A stretch of DNA of 64,000 bases from Selaginella moellendorffii (lineage: Eukaryota; Plantae; Lycopodiophyta). The stretch is from assembly GCF_000143415.4 (NCBI RefSeq), contig NW_003314419.1, positions 13,969-77,968 of the forward strand. The letters are read 5' to 3'. The position numbers were made by a program, and so were the translations under genes. The notes under the pieces are model-generated. The model searched no databases and was not told the DNA's origin. It was given only the letters and a program-made list of their open reading frames with translations. Positions 12,571 to 24,587 of this stretch are shown here, in pieces (positions within the stretch are counted from its first letter, which is position 1; each line of letters starts with the position of its first letter).

Positions 12571-15500
12571 ATGGCCTTTAGGGTTGGGGAAAAGGTTTAC
12601 ATTTTGAATGGTGGGAAGAGAGTTGCAAAAGGGACCCTTGTGTCTATGGATCGGAACTTTGTTATACACTGTCAAAGGCTTGGGGAAGGTAATGCTGCTG
12701 TATCAGTAGAGACTGTCTTCGATGGGAATGTGGTCGCTATTGAACGAGGAGAGATGGTCGTCGAGGTAAATGTTGTTGTTGCCTTGAAAAATCTTCAGAA
12801 GAAAGCAGATGTTGGGGACAGCGCAAGTGCGACGCATGTTCCCTCCGTGGATCTTAAGAACCGTGCTACATGGATTCAGGCGAAGGTGTTTCTAAACAAC
12901 CCCGAGGGGGAGGTGGTAGCTGAGGGCTTAGCCACAATTGTCGATCCAAGAGATGCGGTTGCTAATCAAGAATTGGGCTGGGATGATATTGGAGTTGCGA
13001 TTTTAGAGGTTGTTGACACAGAAGAAAACAGTCTGACTATTGGAAGCATTGTGCGGTGGAAATTGAGGCACTTAGTGTTTGAGAATGTGAAGGATTCACA
13101 ATCAAACACCACTACAACTGATGACAGAACATCTCTTCATGGGAAAAAAAAGTACACCTTCCTAAAGCGCAGCCAAAGGGATCTGAGCAACGAACCGAAA
13201 AGGCAGAAAATGGCGATGGAGGTTCGAATGGTCTCGACAGTTGCTTGTTGCAAGAGGAGGTGCTGTCAACATGCTGATTGGGATGCTATTGAAGAGGAGA
13301 GAGCAAAATACAAGACATTGTTCTGGAAGGCAGCTCGCAATTTTGTGTATGAGGCATTACGGTCATCTGTTGATGCTTCAGAACATCAGGTGGGGGGCAT
13401 GGTCTTCTAGAGGGGTTTGGTCTGCATGAAGGCATGGAGAATCATTTATGGAGTCCCTCGAACCACATTCTACAGAATCAAAATTGAGTTCGAGGAACAA
13501 AGGGTTCAACAGGCAGTCCATGGGAACGACGGTACGCACAAAACCAGGGGTCATGTTGTATATGGAGAGGCAATCTTCAAGAGGTTTGTCGAGACATGTA
13601 GCGAGCAGCAACCACATAAAACCCGCCTCTTGGAAGATGGAACACGAGACACCCAACGAGTTCTCCCTTCCATGTATACCAAGGGGGCCATATTAGAAGA
13701 TGTGAATCGGGAACTCCAGAGTAATGGCTACAGGAAGCTGAGCTAATCTAGATTTAGTAGATTGTGGAGCAACAGGTTCAGGGATGTGAGTATAGGAAAG
13801 TACTCCAGCTTTTCAAAGTGTGATGAGTGCACTGCTATCAAAATGGCTTTGTCGAAGAATTCTTGCAGCGCTCAAGAGCGAGAGACGTTGGTTAAAAGGC
13901 GGCTCGACCACAACATCGAGCAGAGAAGCTGCAGGACTGCATATTATCATAACAGGATTCTTTCCATGGAGAGACCTGACTCTTACCTCTGCATCATCCA
14001 CGACAAAATGGACCAGAAAAAGACGTGCTTACCTCGACTCAATCCTGCCCCCAAGGCAATCTCTTCATCCATGCAGCTGCCTATGTCTCTGTTTGGCATA
14101 ATCGCTCATGGGCATGGTGCCCAGAACTATGGGAACTTCTTTGTACCTCTATGAGGTGGCGGGGGTGCAAACATGATGATTGCGTCCCTAGCAAAACACT
14201 TAAGGTCTCTGCAAAGTGCGCAGACTGAGCTGAACGGCCAACCCTTGCATAAGGTCCTTGTCGATCGAACCCCATACAGGGTTCAGCTGGAGGAGGAGCA
14301 AAGGCTTGCAGTATCGCGTGGGGCCCCATGCCATCCCAGTGAATATGTTGGCCGTCAGATTGTAGGGTTATCACGTGAGGCCTCATGCCATTCCGACGAG
14401 GCTGGTCGCCCGGTGAATGCACAGCCTCATCCAAACGAAGCAGAATCTCAAGGAAGTTCTTGCGGCCGATGTGGCCTTCCACCCCATCTTCTGCTCCAAA
14501 CAGACAATGCTGGCAGTGAGAACAAAAACATGTACGTCTTCGCGTACTTGGCGATGCTTGTTGCCAAAGGCATATTTGAAACGGTTACACTTGGCTTTCT
14601 CATGGTTGGGCACACTCATGAAGACGTCGATGCCATGTTCAGTCACCTAGCAGAGTCCCTCCGGCGATCCAATGTCCTCACCCTCCCACAACTCTACGAT
14701 GAATTCCAAAATTGCATCAAAGGCACTGTTGAAGCTGCACTTCTGACAGAGGTTCCAGACTTTAAGGGGTTTGTAAGAGGCTACATCAGGGACGGATCCG
14801 AAACGCTGATTGGCCACTCCAAGCCTCTTCAGTTTCATTTCAGCATGTGTGACGGTGCTCCAGTGATGAGGTACATGAGAGAATGAGACACAGTGTGGCT
14901 GCCAGTGGACGGCATTGAACTCTTCAAGAGAGATCCCATAACTGGGGAACCTATGATTCCTCAGGGTTCCCCACGGCCGATGCACCCGGATGGACTCAAA
15001 GACCAGGAAAGTATAGTGGCCGGGATTAGACAGCATATTGCCTTCTGGAAGAGGGGGTTGGTGTTTGGTGGAGAATCTTATTTTCAGAAGTGCAAGCCTT
15101 TGCTCGAATACTGGGAGAAGATTATATCTGCTATCCAAAATGGGCCGGTTGTATATGAAGAATTGGAAGAGTCCTTTTGGCCAGAACCCAGAGCACTAGA
15201 TAGTAGCGGAACAATGTCCTCTAGAAATGCAGTGACAGATAACGATGTTGAGGATCACTATTGTGGGCCGAGGAACAAGAAGCCGGATTCAGCATTCAAT
15301 CCAGTACAGGTCTGCAAAGGAATGGTCGTGCTTGTCAGACCCAGTAATAAAAAACAAATGATATGGGTGGGGCGCTGCATCACTGATGCAGAGGAGGACG
15401 CGGAAACTAACTCCTTCAATGTAACTGTGGAGTGGTTCAAGCCAAGTTCCGGATATACGAAGGATTGCCTAGAAAAGAGATGGGTGCTGAATCCAAGGGA

Positions 15501-15709
15501 TCCCAGCATGAGCATATCGGTGGATAATGTTGTGCATGGTTGGATGCGGAAGCAGAGTGCCACCATCACCTTGCCAGACCATGCAAGAGATGCAGCAAGA
15601 GCATTCATAACCCGGGTTCAAGGTGAGATTCATTAATATTCCTTTACTAAGTTTCTAATGTATTTTATTTCAAGGTGAACAATCCGAATCTGAATCAGAG
15701 GAGGCGTGA
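12571..15709 (+). pseudogene. Sola-like DDD/E transposase (~1030 codons) with 4 in-frame stops
   Basis: ORFs 12571, 13417, 13762, 14173 and 14893 share one frame and are separated by single stops (13408, 13744, 14152, 14884). Motifs: VCMKAWRIIYGV, FSKCDEC, HDKMDQKKTCLP, QTDNAGSENKN, GFLMVGHTHEDVDAMFS. Likely final intron 15623-15674 then a short exon to TGA at 15707-15709. Superfamily assignment is less certain than the transposase call. Confidence 0.82.
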
Positions 15710-17245
15710 TGGCATGTGGCCTTACGCCATTCCTAGGTGAGATGATACAAATAACAAGTATAAATTCTTAGTTGTTCTAGCAAATCTTACTTAAAGTTTA
15801 AGGTGAACAAGCCGAATATGAATTCATCGGATTATTATAACAAATTGCAAGGTGATGGCATGAGGCGATACGCCATTTGAGAGTGGTAGCCATTCCTATA
15901 TGAGGTGAGTGAAATATTTATTAGAAATACCTCATTTAATTGTGCACTTCTAAGTCTTGGTCCACTCAATACTGTTTGCATGTTTTTATTTTAATTCTTT
16001 CTCTAAAATGTTATTTAGCATGTGGCTTCATGCCATTGCTCTCCACAATCATGCATTGAATTTTTCTATCCTTGCATAATACTTCTCCATATATATAGCA
16101 TGTGCGCACATGTGATATGGTTCATTAGGCCTGATATAGTGTGTGAGGTAAAACAAAGATGATGTGACATATGCATTTACCAATCACACGTGCATAAATC
16201 TAATAATATGGCGTGTGGCCCATATTAATGGCACATAAACCCATATTGTGGGCTTACGTGCTTTATGTACCATCATTCCCTTGCAGTGTGTGTGTTGGTT
16301 TCCTTTTATAACACAACGAACTCCATATTTTAGGGTGAAGAGCATTCTCATGGCAAGCACAAAATCTGTAAGTGAGGCAGAAAAGGAGATGGAGAAGGAG
16401 ATAGGTGAAGATGTAGAATATATAAGTCTTCCAAACTCCCCGTACTATACTCCAGGTGATCATTTTTCTGAACAAATGGCAACATTAACAACTATCGAGA
16501 ACGCCCCAGTAACGTCAGAGACAACAATCCAAAGCAAAACAACTGACCCGGAGAGAAGGATGATAGTACCGCTGAGAGTACCAAAAAGGAGGTGTCCACT
16601 AGCGCTTAGGCTTATAATGGCGTGTGCCCTCATGCCATTTACTTGATCACCAAATACCTTTTTCCCTTTGCACTAGTATATCTTAATACCGGTCTGAGAA
16701 ATAGAATGGCATGTGCCCTCAGGCCTTTTACTAAATCACCTTTGAAAGAAATGCAAGCCTCTATGTCGTAAAAAAAAGGTACTAGAGAAATTCCTTAATA
16801 ATATGAATGTTATTTAGTTTCATGAAAATACACTAAGGGTCAAATGAGTTAAATGACTTCTCCAGACTAGCAATGCCTCTTGCTACACCTTCACAATTAG
16901 ATTCGTTAGAAAAAGATAACATTGAATAATATCTAAATGTTCTCACCATTAAGTTATATATCTGGCTAATAGGAATGACGTTCATCTTGGAAAGCTCACC
17001 ACACGCTCAATGAACAAACAAATAGTGTGTGCGCGCATGCCATCGCTTTTCTTTAGCTTCAGATTCGGCTTGTTCACCTTGACAATGAGATTTATTATAC
17101 AACCAGATGGACATAGTCTGGACATAAAGTCACCGCGCTAGTCACCATGCCCCAGATATGTCTAGCCCCTGGACAAAAAACATATAATTTCACGTCATTT
17201 TCAAATACTTGAAAATTTGTACCTAGTCCCATTTTACTGAATAAA

Positions 17246-17267
17246 TCCCACTTTAACGAAATAGAGC
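17246..17267 (-). repeat. Right terminal inverted repeat (22 bp)
   Basis: TCCCACTTTAACGAAATAGAGC, perfect reverse complement of 5529-5550. Confidence 0.95.
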
Positions 17268-17730
17268 ATTACTGCTCTTATTCCTCTCTACCTGATGACC
17301 ACTTGAGGTATGTGTAGTCTTTTCCTTGACATGCTTGCTCAATTCCTCATAATTTAGTTTATAAAGTTTTTCGGTAGTGCTGCTTTTTTCATTGAGAAAT
17401 TTCTATGAAGCTGAGGTAGAGCTCCATTCCTAAGAATTGTGCTTAAGAACTTTCATAGAAAGGTCACCAAACTGTCACTATTGCCATCGCTGCATGATGT
17501 TTGTGATTTTGTGGCACACTTGTCATGAGAAAAACCAGTTACTGCAGGAAAAAAATGACTAAAAAGGCATGAAGGACTTACAAACCTGGTAAAGCTGTAG
17601 ATTGGAATCAAAGCTGTAAGCCTCAGTAGCAACCTATAAAATAAACATGCCATGAGAAAACAACAAAAGAAATAGATTGAACAATTATAATTATAATTAC
17701 AATTTTTCAAATTGAAACTATTCTCTACTA

Positions 17731-17758
17731 CTCTCAGCGGAGCTGGGATCTCTGCTAA
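17731..17758 (+). mobile_element. Helitron 3' terminus (host element of the TIR transposon)
   Basis: CTCAGCGGAGCTGGG...GCTAA (CTRR). 17640-17755 is an inverted homolog of ~54495-54610. Confidence 0.7.
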
Positions 17759-19899
17759 TACTCATATATTTAAACGAAAGAGCCAGTATAATAATAGCAT
17801 ATACTGGTGATGTTTATTCTGGGATATGCCAAAATCTAACGGCTGAGATTAAACAATGTAAAGTCGTGACTTTTGGGACCATAAAATATTTCAAATGTCT
17901 TTTAGGGCGCATGACCACGAGGAGAGAGTGTCAATCATTGCTAGTGGGAAGGTACTGTGTGTGTGTGTGTGTGTGTTTTGAGGTCTTCATTGTAGAGCAC
18001 CTCAGTAGTTGATTTCAGATCATACTTTCCTAGTGGACCATTCAAAGAACCATGGAATGATTTAGAAGGCTACAGTCAGCTGTATGTGAAGAACTGAAGC
18101 TGCCACCGGTTGGTTCATTCTCGAGTTCAAAAGCTCAGGATACCGTGGTTAATGGCCACGCACCGGAAAATGACAATCATTTAACCGACGCTGAAGCATT
18201 CTTCAACAGGAGAATTATCGAGTTCGTGAAGAAACGAGTCACACTTATGGAAAAAGTACTCAACGCAGAATACCATCTAGTAAAAGAGTCTCAACCCCCC
18301 TATCATCATCCCTGCGATTCTAACTTGAGATGTTCCAGGATGACCAAGATATTCCGGCCAATCGCAGCAAAAAGGACCTGGCGAGGGACCAAAAACCTCC
18401 TACCAAAAGCCGCAACCTACATTTTTTCCTTATCCAACACCTTTAAGTGATTTAGACACTAGAAAAAACTCTAACGCATTCGTTTTTGGACAGCTCCAGA
18501 AGAAGTCCTGGGAAGGGCATTGGATAACAATCCTAAGTGGCTGAAAGTCCCAGCCTATTACAACGAGGTTGTGTTTGTTTCTCCGTTTGCAAAGGTTTGA
18601 GAGGCTCATGGCTTTCTCTGTGTTGCCATAGTTGTGCTCAATGATCAGCGAGAACAGGCTCGACGCTTTCCAGACTTACGTGGGGAACAAATCCACCGGC
18701 ATCCGCCTGCGCAGGTGCATTCGGTAGATCGACATGCTATGCTCGGAAATGCGACGAGGATTGGGAGTGAAAGGCGAAGAGGCTATGGTGGATGGAGCTC
18801 ACAACAGGGACAACATCTCGGACAATGAGGGGATTCACGTTGTCATCGATGACTAGAATCAAGGTTCTTCACTCTCTTGCTTGTCGCTATTCTTTTTTCG
18901 AGTCTCTCAAGTCCCTGTTTGTTCCAGGTTCTCGAGGCTGGAACCACGACTAGAATCAAGGTTTTCACTCTCTTGCTCTTCACTCTTTTATGTCTTATTC
19001 TTGAAGTGTATTCCTTATTTACCTACTATTTGACCTGGAGAAATTGATAAGAAAATCCTACAGGTGGGAAGAATGAAGATTCAAAAGTAAGTTTATTGAG
19101 GAACCATCAAGTTTTTATTTTGTTTCTTTTTACTAGGCTAATGTATTTGTATGACACTTTGAAACCTAAGATGGTTCAAAAAGATATCTGACTTTAGCCA
19201 TCTAGGAAGTCCTGTCACTAACATGAGTGATTGGTAAACAAAAAATCAAAACTCAAATGCTTACAATCTCTATTTTTTCTCAGAGATTCTATGGATTATA
19301 GCAAGACACCTTGAGAGGTATGTGTCACATGGCTTGGCATTTCTATTTATTTTGCAATCTTTAATTCAAACTTCTATGTGAATTTGGTGGATTTACTGAA
19401 AGTTATAAGCACTTAGATGACATTGACTAAGATTTTGTGCTATTCTTCTTAAATGAGGTTCCTTTACTTTACTTTCTGCCAGCTCTATTTCAGATTAGAT
19501 GCTCTTGGTGACGATTTTCCAGCTCAGCTTTGTGTGCTAGAATTGAACTTGATAGTTAATAAGCTACTTTGGAAACATATTCTTTTTTACTAATATGAAA
19601 CTATGATATGGGGCAAATATATCTCACTAGTGCACTGCTATATGGATGCTATTTTATTATTTTAGAAAAAGGAATCACTACTGCAAGAGGGTTTTAACTA
19701 TGAAGAGCAAGAGGGTGTAGTTGACAGGACAAATGTTACTTCTTGAAATGACTGAAACAAGCCTTTTTTTAGTAAATGATGACTTCCTAACACACTTTCT
19801 GCCCATCACATTCTATCTTGCAACACCATGTGTTTTGTATAAGCTACAGTTGTCAACTTTGCATAGTTGCTGGCACTCTTTGAAGTCAAAAGAATCTCT

Positions 19900-20600
19900 C
19901 CCTTTTGGAATAGCATCTTGAAAAAAAGAGTGCCACATAAATTCATGGATAATTCATGAGCATGGTATAGGAGATCATCTTGTTATACAAAACTTGGTTA
20001 ACACAATTTCATGTGACAAATTATTTCAACTACGAGAAATTAACATACCACTAGTTGCCATTGAACAAATGTTTGTCATTGGACTACCAAGGACTTAAAC
20101 AAATTAAATGTACTACTAGCATTAAACAAGGATGTCCACTATATTTGGTTTATACATCAATGTCCTTATATATCAAGATTCATATGGTCCTCCCTTTTTT
20201 TGCCACTACTACTTTTTTGCCACCACACCAATTCTTGAATGTGGAATTTGGCTATTGGAACGTAAACCTTGGTATCATGGCTGTAGAGATATAAGTTTTC
20301 TCAGTCTGCTCTACAAACATCACAAGATGGTGGCACCAACTTAGATGTTAGACATACCAAGCTAGACATGGATTTAGACTACTTGCTTCACAGCAGCACG
20401 TGATGTATATTGCATATTGCTTTTCAATAATAGCTCATTTAAGCTCAACACAATTCAAGTTCATAGAGTACCTTGATGTTGTCAACATACAATACCTTAT
20501 TGGAATAATATCTTATTGAAGTGCTAATAAACCATGCCATGGGTAGATAACATCGATATATTGTGGCAAGTTATCAAGTAGGCTAACATCACCTCCACAT
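19900..20600 (+). mobile_element. Possible highly decayed LINE RT remnant
   Basis: IKQGCPL resembles the RT motif RQGCPLSP; little other support. Confidence 0.25.
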
Positions 20601-21199
20601 AGACATATTCTTGTAGACTCTATTTGATAACTTTTAGATGGTACACGACTTCAATCTCACATATAAGACATTTGACAACCTACAAGCTAACAAGAATTCC
20701 TTAGATTTCACCTTACCTCTTCACAAGTTTCTCATGCAATTACATCATATTTGTCTGGTTGAATTCCTCTTGGCTGCAACAGTTTTATGAGATAGGGTGC
20801 TTCATATTTTTATGATTAATATTTTTTAATAATTTTATATTTTTCAGTTGAAAATTTTCTTTACAATATAAAGATATAATTTATAGTGATTTTTAATAAG
20901 AAAAAAATTTCTTTATATGATGATTTCCTAAAACCTAATAGTATTTCATGCTAACTGGTGATGAATCACATTTTTTATATGGTAGCTTATATCCTGTGTA
21001 GCCCTTACATTAAAGATGTCTCAATCATATTTATAACTTTATTTTATATATCAAAATTATAATTAATACAAAATATTAATGCAAAATTAAAAAAACTGTT
21101 ATAAATTTGAGATATTCTAAAAATCTTAAAATATATTATTATCTAATAGAACTAAAAAATCAATATGTATTACATTGATTACATGATTGTATTACAAGA

Positions 21200-21772
21200 T
21201 AGAATAGCTAGAGCCATTGAACTCCTCTATATCAATTTATGAAGGTTCCTCCATATATTATATCACTACTTCACCTTTTTTCTTACTTGAAAGTATTTTT
21301 TAGTCTGTACTTGTATAAGTATGTGTAATTTTAATAAAATTCTATCAAATAAATCAAGTATTATTTTTCTATACATAAATTAAAATATCAAATTAACTTT
21401 ATCTCAATAATTTTAACTACAACTTCATCTCATAAAAAATTAGTTATTTTAGTAACAGTAACTAATGTAATTTGTTAGGTTCAAGTTTTATTTATATACA
21501 TATTTAGAATAGCTAGAGCCATTGAACTGTATTACATGACCTTTTTTCTTACTTGAAAGTATTTTTTAGTCTGTACTTGTATAAGTATGTGTAATTTTAA
21601 TAAAATTCTATCAAATAAATCAAGTATTATTTTTCTATACATAAATTAAAATATCAAATTAACTTTATCTCAATACTTTTAACTACAACTTCATCTCATA
21701 AAAAATTAGTTATTTTAGTAACAGTAACTAATGTAATTTGTTAGGTTCAAGTTTTATTTATATACATATTTA
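21200..21772 (+). repeat. Near-identical local tandem duplication (~230-bp core)
   Basis: ccttttttcttacttgaaag...tatacatattta occurs at ~21274-21505 and ~21540-21772. Confidence 0.9.
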
Positions 21773-24587
21773 TCCACAATATTCTACTTTCCAAGTTTAC
21801 TATAATTAATTATCTACCGTATGTTTGTATTCAATAGAATGTATCTAGAAGTTAAAAGCACAACTACACACTATTTAATATTTTCATAGATTCATCACTT
21901 TGATTAGTTTTGAATATAAGTAATATTAAAGTATAACATTTATTAGTCCAAATGACAATATTTGAAATCTTGAATTTATAAAATCAGTATGATATGTTGA
22001 GTATAGCCAGAATGAAGAGACACTATTTTATGAAGTCTAACAAGATCTACCACTCTAATTGAACGGATTTATATTGCAAAGGTACAATCATGGCAATAAC
22101 TTATGCATGATGCATAAACACTAATGGTAAAGAGCTTTTGTTCCATACCATGAGTTGTTAGAAGAACATTTAGACAGTCTTGAAAAATTGCAACGTTATA
22201 ATAATGATCCAAGTTGACAATTTAGAAGCCATAATTATGGTGTAAACTCCTAAATTTGGACTTCATGGAGTTCACCCAGCACATACTACTCAAACCCAAA
22301 AACACTTTAAGCCCAAATATCCCAAAACCCTTAATCAATTGAAAAAACACATGCATTTTTATTTATAGACATTTGAATCCATATGAATCACTTCTCAAGT
22401 CATTCTCTTTTATTAATTATATATGGTAGTTTACAAGCTTGGTATACCTTTCAACAAATATACACAAACCATCAATGAGCTCATTTATATGAACTTTGAT
22501 TCCTTGGATTCAGTGGATTACTTGCTACAGTTGAGCTCTTTTCACTATAGGTGAAGGCTTCAAAAACTCATAGTAAAATTTAATAGGGTAACCAAAGTGT
22601 TTCCATCATAATTAGACCCATTCCTTTAGTGGTTGCCAAGCCTCAATCTCCAAACAATTCATCTATCCATAGGATCTTATAATAAGCATTTTTATCTTGG
22701 TAGAAGATCTAAGACGTCACTTGGCACTCTAATTATGTTTTTTATGTTATGAGGTGTGTTATAATTATTGTCAATTGCAAATAGGATTTTTCTATAAAGA
22801 TTGTCTATATAAATTATAGTTATGATTATTTAAAAATAAGGATTAAAATTACACTTTTGGAAATCCAAGTATAAACACAACAAAGTAATGGCTCAAATTG
22901 GCAAACCCTTCTCATATAGATAACTACAAGACACTATTCTACTCAGTAAATTGTCAGAAGAACATCTGGGCAATCTCAAGGGACTACAAGGTTGTTTTAG
23001 TGATCCAGATTGATGACATTGAAACCAAAGTGATAGATGTTCAATCTTAGCATGCTTTTTATTGATTATCCAAAAACAATCAATATGCGGGTTAATGTAA
23101 TTACAACAATTCCAAAAGGTCAAGAATGAAATTTAAGTCTGGAGAAAAATCAGCTTACTTTTATAAAGAAATTGTAAGACAACTATAAAAGTTATATGAC
23201 ATTTCTAATTCTGCCACCACTAGCATTAGTGTTGTCGATGCTCCCACTGGATGTTTGGTCTAACACATACTTTATACAATAGCTGTTGATAACTAATAGA
23301 TTTTCTCGTGTGAGTATTTAACTAAGATTCAGTTAGGAACACATGGGAACTGACTTGTCATGTCAAGAAAATAAATTGTCATATGTAAATGCTACTTATA
23401 TGTCTATATCTCCATCTAATATTTCATATTGCATTTCAAAAGTTAATTATACTTTTCTGGATGATGACATATCCTAGATTAGCAGTCTTGCCCAGACTGC
23501 TAAAGGTGCGAAATATCTCTTATGTGTGTTTTTATATTAAATTATTTATGTATGTTATGATTAATATGAACTTTTCAAACATAAAGATGAATATGAACTT
23601 TTAAAAATTACTAAATAACAAAAATGTACATGACACTCCCAGTGAAGCTGGGACTTTTGCTAGTGCTCCCTTATTTCAAAGTGCTATTGGCATAAGGCAT
23701 ATGGCATCTTTTATTCCATTTTAAGAATATTACTTGTGAAAATATTTATCACAAATATTGCTGGCAAACATGCATTATCTCAGTAAGTGTTCCAGGTTTA
23801 TCAACCTTAAACTCATGACACTGTGTCCATGTAATTCACAGTAAAGTGGAATATGTAAAACTTCTGGAAAAAGTAGTTGTTCTTATTTCAGATCCCATGA
23901 TTGAGCTTTTGGGGGTGCTTATATGTTTTACAGTCAATATAAGGAACAATATATACTGCTACCTTTCAATGGAAAACTCTTTCAGTACCCTGGAAATTCA
24001 GAGAGAGAGATGAAGAAAATATATTCTTCAACATCATTTACTGATAATAATGATAAATAATAAAATTTTAAGTGATGAGGAACGACATTTTTTTGGGTTC
24101 TAGCCTTTTGTATTGTGTCTAATGTTGTCTTAATCATATTTTTCCCTGTATGTCATTATAATTATTTATATGTTTTCCATGTATCAATGTATAAAATATT
24201 AGTTTTAAAAATAGTATTATAACTTTATGATATTTCATAACTCTTAGACTATATCTGTGCTAACCAACAACTCAATGTGATTAGATTCATTTATGAATAT
24301 GTAATAAGTATCATAAGATTATTGATAAAACTAAAACTAACTTATAATATAAAATAGTTGGGGCTATTCAACTCTTCTTTTTAAGTTAAGAAATATATAA
24401 TTCTCTATAGTCCTTACTTTATGTACTTTTAACTTTATAGTATATTTTCTATTGTATCTACTATATACCATCTTTATACAATAAAATTATATAAGGTATA
24501 GCCTTAGTCACCCTAGCCTTTCTTGGCCAAACTAGCTCCACTGAAGTTCTCCCTTTACTATGCTTTTGAAGCTCGTTAAACCCCTAG

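Larger units (their letters stand above)
5913..17043. repeat. Dispersed 22-bp palindrome family ATGGCRTG-N6-CAYGCCAT (~22 copies)
   Basis: Copies start at 5913, 6990, 7065, 8436, 8577, 10067, 10871, 10901, 11489, 12102, 12200, 12361, 12397, 12467, 14313, 14370, 15709, 15855, 16015, 16095, 16617, 16706, 17022 (some partial or degenerate). Confidence 0.93.
5529..17267. mobile_element. 11.7-kb TIR DNA transposon (Sola-like transposase plus multi-domain cargo gene), mutationally inactivated
   Basis: GCTCTATTTCGTTAAAGTGGGA at 5529-5550 and its exact reverse complement at 17246-17267. The TIRs enclose two divergent genes and a GC-richer interior. No convincing TSD (flanks CTAA / ATTA). Confidence 0.92.
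17759..23663 (+). mobile_element. Non-autonomous Helitron
   Basis: Starts TACTCATATATTTAAAC...ATCTAACGGC right after the previous end. Ends CCCAGTGAAGCTGGG...GCTAG at 23663. Confidence 0.6.

Noticed and set aside
12571-15636. Programmed readthrough, alternative genetic code or RNA editing of the in-frame stops
   Set aside because: All three stop types occur with no shared context; ordinary transition mutation explains them.
5913-17043. Palindromes as a CRISPR array or MITE family
   Set aside because: Spacing is irregular over 11 kb, there are no spacer-sized intervals or cas genes, and copies have no TSDs.
18145-18860. Possible exon fragments (also ~38250-38850 and ~52570-53620)
   Set aside because: They look coding-derived but I cannot assign a family.
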